Shown here one piece after another: positions 12,704-24,551 of a stretch of 64,000 nt of DNA. Made by a program: the position numbers and the translations under genes. A model generated the notes under the pieces. It did no database searches and was not told where the DNA came from. It worked only from the letters and a program-made list of their open reading frames with translations. Position 1 is the stretch's first letter. Every line of letters starts with the position of its first letter. The stretch comes from Octopus vulgaris (Eukaryota), in assembly GCA_951406725.2 (NCBI GenBank), contig OX597836.1, positions 45,508,001 to 45,572,000 of the forward strand, read 5' to 3'.

Positions 12704-13371
12704 CAGCAAACTGATTTGGGATTTAAAAGACCACAATGAACAATTTAATTTAGAATGGTTGATTCACTCAATTTCGATACCTTATGACAAAGGCAAGGAA
12801 TTCTGTCTTCTCTGCAATTCTGAGCTATTTTTCATTATTTTTTTCTGAAAATCCCCTAGTAAACACGGTTATAGAGCGAGCATACAGATGTATACATTGG
12901 CAAAAACACACATTTAGTGCATATACGTAGTCTCTATCATTATATATAATTTAAACTTTAATTTCCTTTATATTTAACATTCACTATTAATATCCCTACT
13001 CTTTCTGTAAGCTACTTATGACGTTATATCATATAACGTTTTTTTAAACAATATTAACAGCGTTCAGTCAATCGCTATACAAATCCATCATTTTTTGCTA
13101 AAATCTCTTATTGACGAGTTTCGTTTTTTCTTTTTCCTGAAGAGAAACATGTGTCGAAAGTAAAAATTTTTGATTTACACCTGCGTTAAACTCCATTTAT
13201 TTATTCATATATATATATATAACGTTTTTTAAACAAAATTAATAGCGTTCAGTCAATCGTTATACAAATCCTTCATTTTTTGCTAAAATGACGAGTTTTT
13301 CACTTTCCTGAAGAAAAACATGTGTCGAAATAAATATTTGATTTACACCTGCGTTAAACTCCATTTGTTTA

Positions 13372-13442
<71 letters not shown>

Positions 13443-13611
13443 CGTTTTTTAAACAATACTAATAGCGTTCAGTCAATCGCTATACAAATCCATCATTTTT
13501 TGCTAAAATGTCTTATTGACGAGTTTCGTTTTTTAACTTTCCTGAAAAGAAACATGTGTCGAAATTAAAAATATTTGATTTACACCTGCGTTAAACTCCA
13601 TTTATTTATTC

Positions 13612-13612
<1 letters not shown>
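12704..13612 (+). repeat. Inverted copy of the Penelope 3' end plus two further ~160-170 bp tandem units separated by (TA)n
   Basis: 12704-13207 is the reverse complement of ~10773-11332; units restart at TAACGTTTTTTAAACA (13220, 13440). Confidence 0.85.
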
Positions 13613-13655
<43 letters not shown>

Positions 13656-13802
13656 CCATAGACGCAGAGAGATAGAGACCCACACGATCGTATAGGTATA
13701 TCAGTACATCCATACAGGCACGTTTATGCGTACATACATACATACACACATACATATATATATATATGTGTACATACATACACTCATGCACACACCCATA
13801 TG

Positions 13803-13838
<36 letters not shown>

Positions 13839-13867
13839 CACATACATAGATAAATATATATATACCT

Positions 13868-14170
13868 ATTGTTATATTTCGGAATGGGCATATTGCCAGT
13901 TTAGCCAATAAAAACACACGCACTATATATTTGGTGTTATTTTGCTTCATTGTTATTTATTTTTTACATTAATCTTAATCTTATTTCGGCCAGAGTTCTT
14001 TCGTTACACTCCTGTGACCGCATCAGTGGTCCTTTGTTTTCTTCTTTCTTATTTGTGTCTCTCCTTACTAACCGTCAGCCATTTTATTTATTGGCTAAAC
14101 TGGCAATATGACCATTCCGAAATATAACAATATCTGTTTCAACACACGACTTCACATAAAAATCTTGTAC
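13868..14170 (-). mobile_element. Penelope-type terminal repeat family with hammerhead (13990-14029) enclosed by 46-bp inverted repeats
   Basis: IR 13868-13913 and 14087-14132; CCA-CUGAUGC-GGUCACA(GGAG)UGUAAC-GAAAG-AACUC|UGG; relatives at 41703-42235, 53090-53375, 56690-56950. Confidence 0.7.
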
Positions 14171-14228
14171 AACAAATATTTAAACGTACTATATATATAC
14201 CGATCCTCATATACCTACACATACACAT

Positions 14229-14263
<35 letters not shown>

Positions 14264-15114
14264 TTTTCCTAATTTTATATATAATTTAATTTTTTATAAA
14301 CGCTAAGACCTACATTTTTACGTTTAAAATTCAGCTATATTATTGTCGACAAGCTAAGTAGCGTTTTTTTATTTAACAATGTTATTTAACTTTTGAATTG
14401 TATTAAGTTTGATTATTATTATTTTTATTATTATTGTTGTTAAAATATTAATTTTATATAAAATTTCTTGATATGATATATCTATTTATTTATTATGCTT
14501 TATTATTATTTTTATAATGTGATTTAACGTATTACATATAATTTAATTCGTGAATTAGTTATGTAAGACAAAACATTATTTAATAATTAGGAGGTATATT
14601 TATTACGTAATATCACATTTAAGTAAATTAATTTTATATTAATTGATATTTTGGTCAACTATATTATTGAATGAAATATTAAATCTATAGATACTATATA
14701 TATATATATATTAATAATATAGTTAATTTATCTAATTGGTGTGTATATATTTGAACCATTTCCTATTTTTAATTCCAATATTTATAGCTTGTACTTACAT
14801 TATGTATATTACTTAACATTAAGGTTTTTAATATAAATTACTTAATAAGTATAAGACTTTTTTTTAGATGTCTATTAAATAAATAAATTAATCAATTAAT
14901 AATTTAATTTAATGTATATAGTTTAAATTATTGTATTTAGTTTTCACTTAATGTATATTTTGTATCTTATATATATATTTGTTTTAAATATTTTAATTAA
15001 TTGTATCTTTTTTTAAACAAGAATATATTTGTTAAGATATTTCGTATTTTACAATATTATTTACGTATATCTATTAATTTATCTAATTAATTATTTCATT
15101 ATAATTGTTATCTT

Positions 15115-15215
15115 TAACCTGAAAAGTGGTTATATTTATATTGAAGTGATTTTACTACTACTATTATTTTTACTATTACCATTTCTTAAATATAGCCACG
15201 AAACACGTGTCGTTA
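15115..15215 (+). ncRNA. Hammerhead motif with long stem II
   Basis: UAAC-CUGAAAA-GUGGUUAUA...UAUAGCCAC-GAAAC-ACGU-GUC|GUUA; G8A. Confidence 0.65.
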
Positions 15216-15477
15216 TTCTACTAAATATATACGTTTTATTAATTATTTTGAACATTAATTAATCATCGTTATATGTTTTATCTTATATTTAATCTTTCTA
15301 TAATATGTAAATTATCTAAATGGTATAATTTAATTTTTCTTTATTGAATTGATAAAAGGTGGTTTTTTTCTAATGTGAGGTATATTTCCCATCTCAATAT
15401 GGCTAACCACTAAGGGTGGATGTTACTGTAGCTTGTAGCCCCAGGAGAACATCTCCAGCTGGCTATAGGCAGTACCA

Positions 15478-15809
15478 CCTTACCAGTACCACCGAATTCA
15501 AAGGGTGAATGAAAGTAAATCACCTCCCCCACTTCCGCCAGCGTGCTGCCAAAATAAGATGCTACAGTTTTTTTACTGGGATAAAATACAATTATCAATA
15601 ATAATAAAAGGTGAAATTAATTGATTTAGAAATAATCATCAATTGATGATTATTTCTAAATCAATTAATTTCACCTTTTATTATTATTGATAATTGTATT
15701 TTATCCCAGTAAAAAAACTGTAGCATCTTATTTTGGCAGCACGCTGGCGGAAGTGGGGGGGAGGTGATTTACTTTCATTCACCCTTTGAATTCGGTGGTA
15801 CTGGTAAGG
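15478..15809. repeat. Near-perfect spacerless palindrome with ~165-bp arms
   Basis: Centre ATCATCAATTGATGAT near 15642; upstream part 15388-15480 matches the family at 34434-34600 and 42660-42807. Confidence 0.9.
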
Positions 15810-15915
15810 CTTACGCTCGCTCTAATACCATGAGTTGAGGTGATGTCTTCTAGTGCCTTCAAATTTAATACACAATTATTAATAATTGAGACGCAATTAT
15901 TTATAATTGAAGAGT

Positions 15916-16006
15916 CCTACGCTGAGGAGAAAAATAGTCAGGTAAGACATAATTATTTAATTTTTATGCTCTACAATGACTTGATTCTGAAACGTACATC
16001 TGTAGG
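15916..16006 (+). ncRNA. Hammerhead motif (family of 52451-52540)
   Basis: CCUACG-CUGAGGA-long stem II-GAAAC-GUAC-AUC|UGUAGG. Confidence 0.6.
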
Positions 16007-16551
16007 TAACTTAATATAGAATGATTGTTGTCATTTCTTTCTCTTTTGCCTGCGTCGTTTGCTTTTTGAGTGCTTTGGTTTTACTGAGATCTCCCTTTTA
16101 AGTAGAAAGAATAGCCAAAACTTTTTGACTGCTATTTCTGAATTCGGTATGTGGTGAGGCAAATCGTTGCTGAACCCTTAATTAATTAGTATATATATAT
16201 ATATATATTAAAAGCTATCAAACAAAGTTTAAAATAAGCAAACCTACTGCTTTCCAACACTTAGAGGATAGTACAGCTATCCGAAAGCTCATGTCTGTTA
16301 AGATTGGAGGCAAACGATACTACTTTGTTTTAAACAATGTTGATGCTTGTTTAATATTCAAATACAAATGGGAAGAGTGTATGTTTGCTGAACTGGAATG
16401 GGGAAAAATATTTTTACTACCTATAAAGACAACAACAGATACTAAACTATGATGGTTCCAGTTCAGAATTATATACAATATTCTGGCAACTAATTCTCTG
16501 CTATTTAAGATTAAATTGTCCGAAAGCAACATGTGCACTTTTTGTCAACGT

Positions 16552-16786
16552 AAGGCGGCGAGCTGGCAGAATCGTTAGCACGCCGGGCGAAATGCGTAGC
16601 CGTATTTCGTCTGCCGTTACGTTCTGAGTTCGAATTCCGCCGAGGTCGACTTTGCCTTTCATCCTTTCGGGGTCGATAAATTAAGTACCAGTTACGCACT
16701 GGGGTCGATGTAATCGACTTAATACCTATGTCTGTCCTTGTTTGTCCCCTCTATGTTTAGCCCCTTCTGGGTAATAAAGAAATAGG
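16552..16786 (+). mobile_element. SINE family C
   Basis: Full head to AAAGAAATA tail. Confidence 0.9.
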
Positions 16787-17019
16787 TATCACACCTTTTC
16801 TGGTATTGTGAACGTGTACAGGCCTTCTGGCAACGCTTCTTAGATTTGCTGTATGAAAAGTGCACACATGTTCGCTGTATGAAACTTGACCCACGGCTCA
16901 TTCTGTTCGAGTTGACAAAAAAAAAAAACACATATACGGATAGCATCTTTGACCTGTTAATATTATTAGAAGGTGAATGGAGGCATAACGTCGCTCTTAC
17001 TAGTAACCACTCCAAACAC

Positions 17020-17731
17020 CATAATGTTGACTGGATGTTTGATTTTTATGACTCTCGGTACATGTTTTGGGAACGTGGCAAGCCAGCAGTTGTTCTGTGA
17101 GTTCACCATCTGATCCTGCAGAATTTTTTCTCGTCTGCGGAAAACCAGAGCATGTTCGGTTGGAGGGGATGCTTGGATATTTTTAACAGCTTCGTAGCGT
17201 GGACTTACCTCTTGTCCTTGATGACTTGCGATAAAAATTGTCCCTTTGTAATCTTGTATGAGGAATAGCGGATGTCTTCAAGCACTGCCTGCCTAATAAG
17301 AAACTCAGACACTTCCAAGTCTCTGGCGAAGGACCTGATTGACTTGGAGGGATCGTCGTCATTCAAGACCTGAATCTCACCAACAAATTCAGGAGTTCTT
17401 TTCTTATCAGAACAATCAAAGTGAGTTTTCCGAGATGTCGTATCTTCGTAATCACCATTTGACTCATCCAACTCTTTACGAATCCTCTTCATTGTCCTCA
17501 GATTTACTCCCAGACACTCTGGAATATTCGTATTGCGGTTATAATGCCAAGCAGTACAGCATGTCACTTCCAAATTTCTGGCGGAGTGAATTGCATCATG
17601 CTGTTGTTTTTCTCACAGACGGTGCCCGAGTGACCCTACTATATTGTGTAGTCAACAATATCAAAAACAAACAATACGCATGCGTGAAATTAAAAATTAT
17701 CGAATGGCGACAAATTACTCATCGTACTCTG
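17020..17731 (-). pseudogene. maT/DD37D-type mariner transposase 5' fragment
   Basis: ORF 17205-17573 with HTH-like KRTPEF...DPSKSIRSFARDL; end 17625-17731 homologous to 33625-33737. Confidence 0.7.
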
Positions 17732-17734
17732 TAT

Positions 17735-17960
17735 TCTTTTATTCCTTTATTTGTTTCAGTCATTTGACTGCGGCCATGCTGGAACACAGCCTTTAGTCGA
17801 ACAAATCGATCCGGGGACACATATTTTGTAAGCTTAATACTTATTCTATCGGTCTCTTTGTCGAACCGCTAAGTTACGGGGACGTAAACACACCAACATC
17901 TGTTGTCAAGCGATGGTGGGGGTGACAAACATAAACATACAATCACAAACATACAAACAT
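17735..17960 (-). mobile_element. SINE family A, 3' half
   Basis: Tail and body match; stops at the internal microsatellite where the Tc1 begins. Confidence 0.8.
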
Positions 17961-17961
17961 G

Positions 17962-17997
<36 letters not shown>

Positions 17998-18000
<3 letters not shown>

Positions 18001-19609
18001 TGGCGGCCAAAATGTTCTGAACGGCATTGTTTTCGCCAGAAAAGTAGGTATAAGTTTTTATCAAAGTTGTTTTATATTCTATAATTTTCACAAACAATAA
18101 ATACAATATTAATTGTTATTGTCTGAGATTTTGGTATAATTCGAGAGGATAATACAAAAGTTATGGATGATTTAGTCATTTACTGCAAAACCCATGGCGG
18201 CCAAAATGATCAGAACGGTTGCTTTTACTCCATGTTTTAGTATATTTAACCGGCGAACTCTAATGTTTTGAATTTGTTTACGTGACAGTTCGTTTACTAA
18301 ACATTAGTAAGAATATCTGCAGTGTACTTTGTTAATATAATGCCACTTACTCCGTTACCAATTCGTCAGCAGATTATTAAGCTTCGAAAGAAGGATAATT
18401 TAAGTATTGGGTCTATTGCAAAGATTGTTATCAAATCAAAAAGTGTTGTTCACGGTATTCTTAAGGTCTTCGATGATTGTGGTTCGTGTGAAGCAAGAAA
18501 GTCTACAGATAGGCCAAGAAAAACGACCAAGAGAGAAGATCGTGCTATGGTAAAGTTGGTTAAAAAGGACAGATTTAAAACTGCTGCTGCTGTTTCTCGG
18601 GAAATGAGCATTGTACTAAATAAAACGTTATCTCGAAAAACTTGTCTCATCGTTTAGTTGAACATAACCTACAAGCAAGATCACCAGCAGTGAAGCCACT
18701 GATCAGCTCTAAAAATAAAAAGTGTCGTCTTACCTTTGCAACCGAACATGTTTTGTGGTCTCAAGAAAAATGGCAAACGGTGCATTTCAGTGATGAATCT
18801 ATGTTTATGTTATTTGGCTCAGATGGGAAAAGGTTCGTTGAAAAGTAGGTGAAAAATTGTTGCCTAAATGCCTTAAGACTAGTGTTAAATTCGGTAGAGG
18901 AAGTGTCATGGTTTGGGGGAATATATCTGGAGATGGTGTGGGCTCTTTGGTGCGATTACATGGAAAGTTAAATGCAGGAGTTTATAAACAACTTGTAAAA
19001 GATCATGTCTTGCCTGTGCTGAGAAATTCAACTAAGCGACCACCCATATTCATGCAGGACAATGCCCCATGTCACAAGGCTAAGGTGGTCATGAACTTCC
19101 TGAAGGCTGAAAAGGTTATTGTTATGGATTGGCCAGCTCAAAGCCCAGATCTCAATCCTATTGAAAATGCGTGGAATATTCTAGGAGAACGTTCAAAAGC
19201 CAGAAATCCTAAAACAACCGAGCAATTATGGAATGCTCTTCAGGAAGAATGGAATAAGATCACCTAGCAAGAAATTGAAAATTTAATTTCCTCATGCAGT
19301 CGAAGATGTCAAAGTGTGATTGAAGCTAAAGGGCTTCACACTAAATATTAAATAATTCCAGTATTCTCTGTCATTTTTGATTATTTTGTTATTTCTTTCA
19401 ACCGTTCTGATCATTTTGGCCACAAGGGGTTTGGCAGTAAATCCCTAAATCATCCATAACTTTTGTATTATCCTCTCAAATTACACCAAAATCTCAGACA
19501 ATAACAATTAATATTGTATTTATTGTCTGTAAAAATTATAGAATATAAAACAACTTTGATAAAAACTTATACCTACTTTTCTGGCGAAAACAATGCCGTT
19601 CAGAACATT
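17998..19609 (+). mobile_element. Tc1 (DD34E) transposon with ~220-bp IR/DR termini; transposase disrupted
   Basis: IRs 17998-18222 and 19398-19609; ORF pieces 18340-19351 with FSDES, QDNAPCH-x34-E (SPDLNPIE); two frameshifts and a stop at 19265. Confidence 0.93.
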
Positions 19610-19618
19610 ATATCTATA

Positions 19619-19723
<105 letters not shown>

Positions 19724-19734
19724 CATATATTTAC

Positions 19735-19790
<56 letters not shown>

Positions 19791-19916
19791 AGGGGAGAAT
19801 TCACAAAAAATCACAAGACGAAGACAGGTGGTGTAGACAACAAGTAGATGCATATATATGTATATATACACATACATGTATGTATACATACATACATGTG
19901 TATATATGTATGTACG

Positions 19917-19952
<36 letters not shown>

Positions 19953-20706
19953 CATGCATACATACATGTATGTATGTATATATACATACATGTATGCATA
20001 CATACATACATACATACATATATATATATACATACATACATACATACATACATATACATACATACATACATACATACATACACATACATTCATGCATACA
20101 TACATACATGTATGTATGTATTTATTTATGCATGGTAGGTGTCAACTTTTAGAAGAACATGAACACCGCTGATAAATCATCTCATCCTAGATGTTAAACA
20201 AAATAGAAGTCAGCGACAACCGTGTTGATATGAAACCTCTAACATCTTGTACAACACCACCAAAACTCTCGTCTACAAAGCCAAGTAGTCCAGAAAGAAG
20301 CAAGAGGAAGGCGCCACACTTCAGAATGAGGCAGCTGCTCTTCCGTACTCTGCTGAGTTTATCTGTTATTTGACGGGCTGTCCAAAGAAAATCATCCTCT
20401 CTATGCTGGCTTGGTAGCATTGCCAGCTTAGTCGCCAACGGCCTGACCATGCGACAGGTGTACAGGCTTTTTCGTTACCAAATAACGCTAACAATGTCCT
20501 AAGTAATAAAGTGACTTGCAAAGAATAAAAAAATGAAATAAGAATCTAAAAATGAACATATGAAATTTATAAATGAATTAAATATGTTTTACTAACACAA
20601 ACTCATATATGCACACACAAATATATATTTGCGTACAATAAAATGTGTATGTATGTGCATGTTGCTGGATGTATGTACTAATACCAACAACTTCCTAGAT
20701 TACTCT

Positions 20707-21197
20707 GTTACTCTTTTACTTGTTTCAGTCATTTAACTGCTGGAGCACCGCCTTTAGTTGAGCAACTCGACCCCGGGACTTATTCTTTATAAGCCTAGTA
20801 CTTATTCTATCGGTCTCTTTTGACGAACCATGCTGGAGCACCACCTTTAGTCGAGCAAATCGACCCCGGGACTTATTCTTTGTAAGCCCAGTACTTATTC
20901 TATCGGTCACTTTTTGCTGAACCGCTAAGTGACGGGGACGTAAACACACCAGCATCGGTTGTCAAGCAATGCTAGGGGGACAAACACAGACACACAAACA
21001 CACACACATACATATATATATATACATATATACGACAGGCTTCTTTCAGTTTCCGTCTACCAAATCCACTCACGAGGCTTTGGTCGGCCTGAGGCTATAG
21101 CAGAAGACACTTGCCCAAGATGCCACGCAGTGGGACTGAACCCGGACCCATGTGGTTGGTAAGCAAGCTACTTACCACACAGCCACTCCTGCGCCTA
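20707..21197 (-). mobile_element. SINE family A with duplicated 3' segment
   Basis: Segment 20739-20828 repeats 20832-20922. Confidence 0.88.
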
Positions 21198-21943
21198 TAG
21201 TTATGTTTCATATAAAAATAACTTATTTACCTAAGTTTTTATATCATCTCCTTCGAAATAGTCACCTTGCGCAGCAGTACACCAGTCCCGGCGTTCCTGC
21301 TACTTTTCCGTAAGCGAGATGAGGACCTTGAGCAATTCGCTCTGGATACCGACAATGGTGTTCAAACGGCGACCTTTGAGCTACATTTTCATCTTGGGGT
21401 AGCGATGGAAGTCCACAAGTGATAAATTGGCGAATAGGGCGGGTAAGGAAGCAATACCATATATATGAATAATGCAAACGTACATGCTTAGATACACACA
21501 GACACAGACACAGACACACACACACACACAGACGCACGCACTCACGCTCTCACGTACGCACGCACGTAAACACACTCAAAATATAAGAGAAAGAAAATGG
21601 AATTCACAGACACTTTATTATTCACTACGATCGTTTCGACCAATCATGCATTAGTTCATCGCGGCTGTACAAAATGTTTTGGAGCACCGTAGGTCCTGTT
21701 GTGTCTCGTGTTTAAATCTCTGTTTCGCTTATTTCGATTTGAATACATTTTGGTAGTTGTAGTTCGCTACTAATCTGTACGAGAAACAAAGAAACTGCAC
21801 ATTAGATATAAAAAATAAAGGCTCTTTTAAGAAAAGCAAAGATATATACGTAAAATTAGATGATTTGAAGTGGAATTATGAAGTATAAAAAACATTATTA
21901 TGGTTATCATTAATATTATTTCGGTATCCGGTCGCTGGACTCA

Positions 21944-22116
21944 TAGGCGCGGGAGTGGCTGTGTGGTAAGTAGCTTGCTTACGAACAACAAGGTTCCAGG
22001 CTCAGGCCCACTGCGTAGCACCTTGGGTAAGTGCCTTCTACTATAGCTTCGGGCCGACCAAAGCCTCGTGAGTGGATTTGGTAGACGGAAACTGAAAGAA
22101 GCCCGTTGTATATGTG

Positions 22117-22151
<35 letters not shown>

Positions 22152-22332
22152 GTGTCTGTCTTTGACAACCGATGCTGGTGTGTTTACGTCTCCGTAACTT
22201 AGCGGTTCGGCAAGAGAGGCCGATAGAATAAGTACTAGGCTTACAAAGAATAAGTCCTGTGGTCGATTTGCTCGACTAAAGGCGGTGCTCCAGCATGGTC
22301 ACAATCAAATGACTGAAACAAGTAAAAGAGTA
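21944..22332 (+). mobile_element. SINE family A
   Basis: Head, internal (TATG)n, tail. Confidence 0.88.
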
Positions 22333-22564
22333 ATCATTATAGAGATTCAATGTCATACCGGTTTCGTCAGAGCTGATCACTGACTTTGGATGAGCATCGA
22401 TTACCAAACAGTGGGTCTAATAGTACCTGAGTGAAAAGATTACATGCAAGGGACGTAAGCAGTTCTGGAAGTAATGCAATTAAGGTAGATATAGATACTG
22501 GAATATGAATGGTGTATGGGATGCACGGAGATCAATGGGATTATCGGCATACATACATACATAG

Positions 22565-22595
<31 letters not shown>

Positions 22596-22753
22596 CATAC
22601 ATACATACATACATACATACATACATACATACATACATACATACATACATACATACATACATACATACATACACTACTCACCTTTCCAATACAGATAATC
22701 CCATTGATCTCCATACATCCCATATACCATTCATATTCCAGTATTTATATCTA

Positions 22754-24260
22754 GGTATAAATCGGAACTTGTAATCTGGATAGAGTAAGTGTAGAATTCT
22801 CAATAGTTCAGAGTAGATATTCTCTTTTTCACTGATCTTCTGCTTCATATTAACATCCGCAGGGCAGCTAATTTCCACAACTATGTACATCATTATATCA
22901 TGTCTGTTGTGATTACATTTTATTGAGGTCGTCACTGAAACATTCCACCAGCACTCCTATTTATTATGAGTGACTATGGCTTCTACCATACTATGGGTAC
23001 TTATTTCTTTGTCCTCTGGGTTATACGACATTCAAAGGTATTTTGGATCGATTTTGAGACCTCTGCCGCTTTCTTTTCGTTTTAGATAGAGGCAATCTAC
23101 CTCACTATTTATGTAGAAATTATGTGTGCTTCTTAGTATTTTTCGGGTTTTTTACATTAGTGGCTCTGATTTCATCAATTATCCAATCAAGCAGCCCAAA
23201 TGTTGGTATGAGTACTGGCACTGCAAACACGTTGTGGGCCACTGCTCTTTTGAATGCAGAGAGTTCCGAGGTCCAGATTTTCTTTATTCGGCTGTATTAT
23301 TCTTTAGTGACACGTGTTTTGTTACAGATGCCATTGTAAGAAATATTTCATCCACCCCTAGATACCTGTAACATTCCTCGTCAGATATAGGGGAACCAGT
23401 CAAATCATTGATGGAGATGTTGCTAGTCTGGTTTATAGTTTTCCACCTTTTCAAAACCACATAACAACATTTATCCTGACTAAACTCCAACCCTACATCC
23501 TTTGAGAATGTCGTAACTAGGTCATGGCTCTTTTTCATCCCATGCATATTCTTTGCATTAAATTTCAAGTCATTCACAAAGAAACAGAGTGTAATTACGG
23601 TATTTCTGTTTCCTTGTGAACCAGTGAGATATTCTACAGACTTCCTTAATATGAATGGCGTCCCCACCAGCCTTGGAATATGCCTTTGTGATATTGTATT
23701 CTATCTGCGGTAATATAGTCACTCTTTGTGTTTAATTTCAAGATGGTGGCCCACGATGAAGTCAGGTCAGCTATGTCTTTGACTATGCTCACTGGAACTT
23801 TAGCAAGTTGATGGGCTTCTAGTATCCATGAGTGGGGAACAGAGTCAAAGGCTTTCTTGTAGTCTAGCCACGTTGAACCTAGGCTCATACTATGCTCTCG
23901 CACCTCTGACATCGCAGTTTTGTTGATTAACAATTGCTCGGCACATCCCCAGACTCCCTTCTTCCCTGCTGCTTGTTCTGCTGTGATAATGTTATTGGTT
24001 TCACAATGGTCCTGGAGCAAGAGGTTTAAACATGCTGTATATATCTTATACATTATGATCTAGAATGCAATTGGCCGGTAGTTTCTCTTGCCATGTGGGT
24101 GCTTCTGCTTTTGGGGATCAATTTTCTTCTGCTCATTATAGGCTGATCCTTTTATCTGATGATACATTGCAGTAAGTTGTGCGACTTCTTTGGGCATGTA
24201 TTCTAGGTTATCAGACAAAGTGTGTTGCTCAAGGAGCTAACCAACGTGGTGCGCTACAGT
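22754..24260 (-). pseudogene. Decayed R4-clade (REL) LINE: RT and endonuclease fragments; left arm of a large inverted duplication
   Basis: EQAAGKKGVWGCAEQLLIN, WLDYKKAFDSVPH, GIFQG, FVNDLK, YRYLG, IVVEISCP. Confidence 0.85.
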
Positions 24261-24551
24261 TCCCGTTAAGAGCTTTCTGGTACAGATTAATAAGATATGG
24301 TCGGTAAAAGGTTAGCTTCTTGTACCAGTATCCAACAATCAATTCTCTTCCAGGTGCTTGTCATTCTTGTATGTATGTATGTATGTATGTATGTATGTAT
24401 GTATGTATGTATGTATGTATGTATGTATGCATGCATGAATGTATGTAAGTATGTATGTATGTATGTATGTAATAACACGTACATAGATACTAACATACAA
24501 ACATGCATACATACATACATATATACATACATAGTTACACACATGCATATG

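Noticed and set aside
11409-13612. Regularly spaced repeats as a CRISPR array
   Set aside because: Contiguous duplications or (TA)n spacers, no unique spacers, no cas genes, eukaryotic context
20187-20450. 87-aa ORF as a host gene
   Set aside because: No recognisable domain; length is compatible with chance
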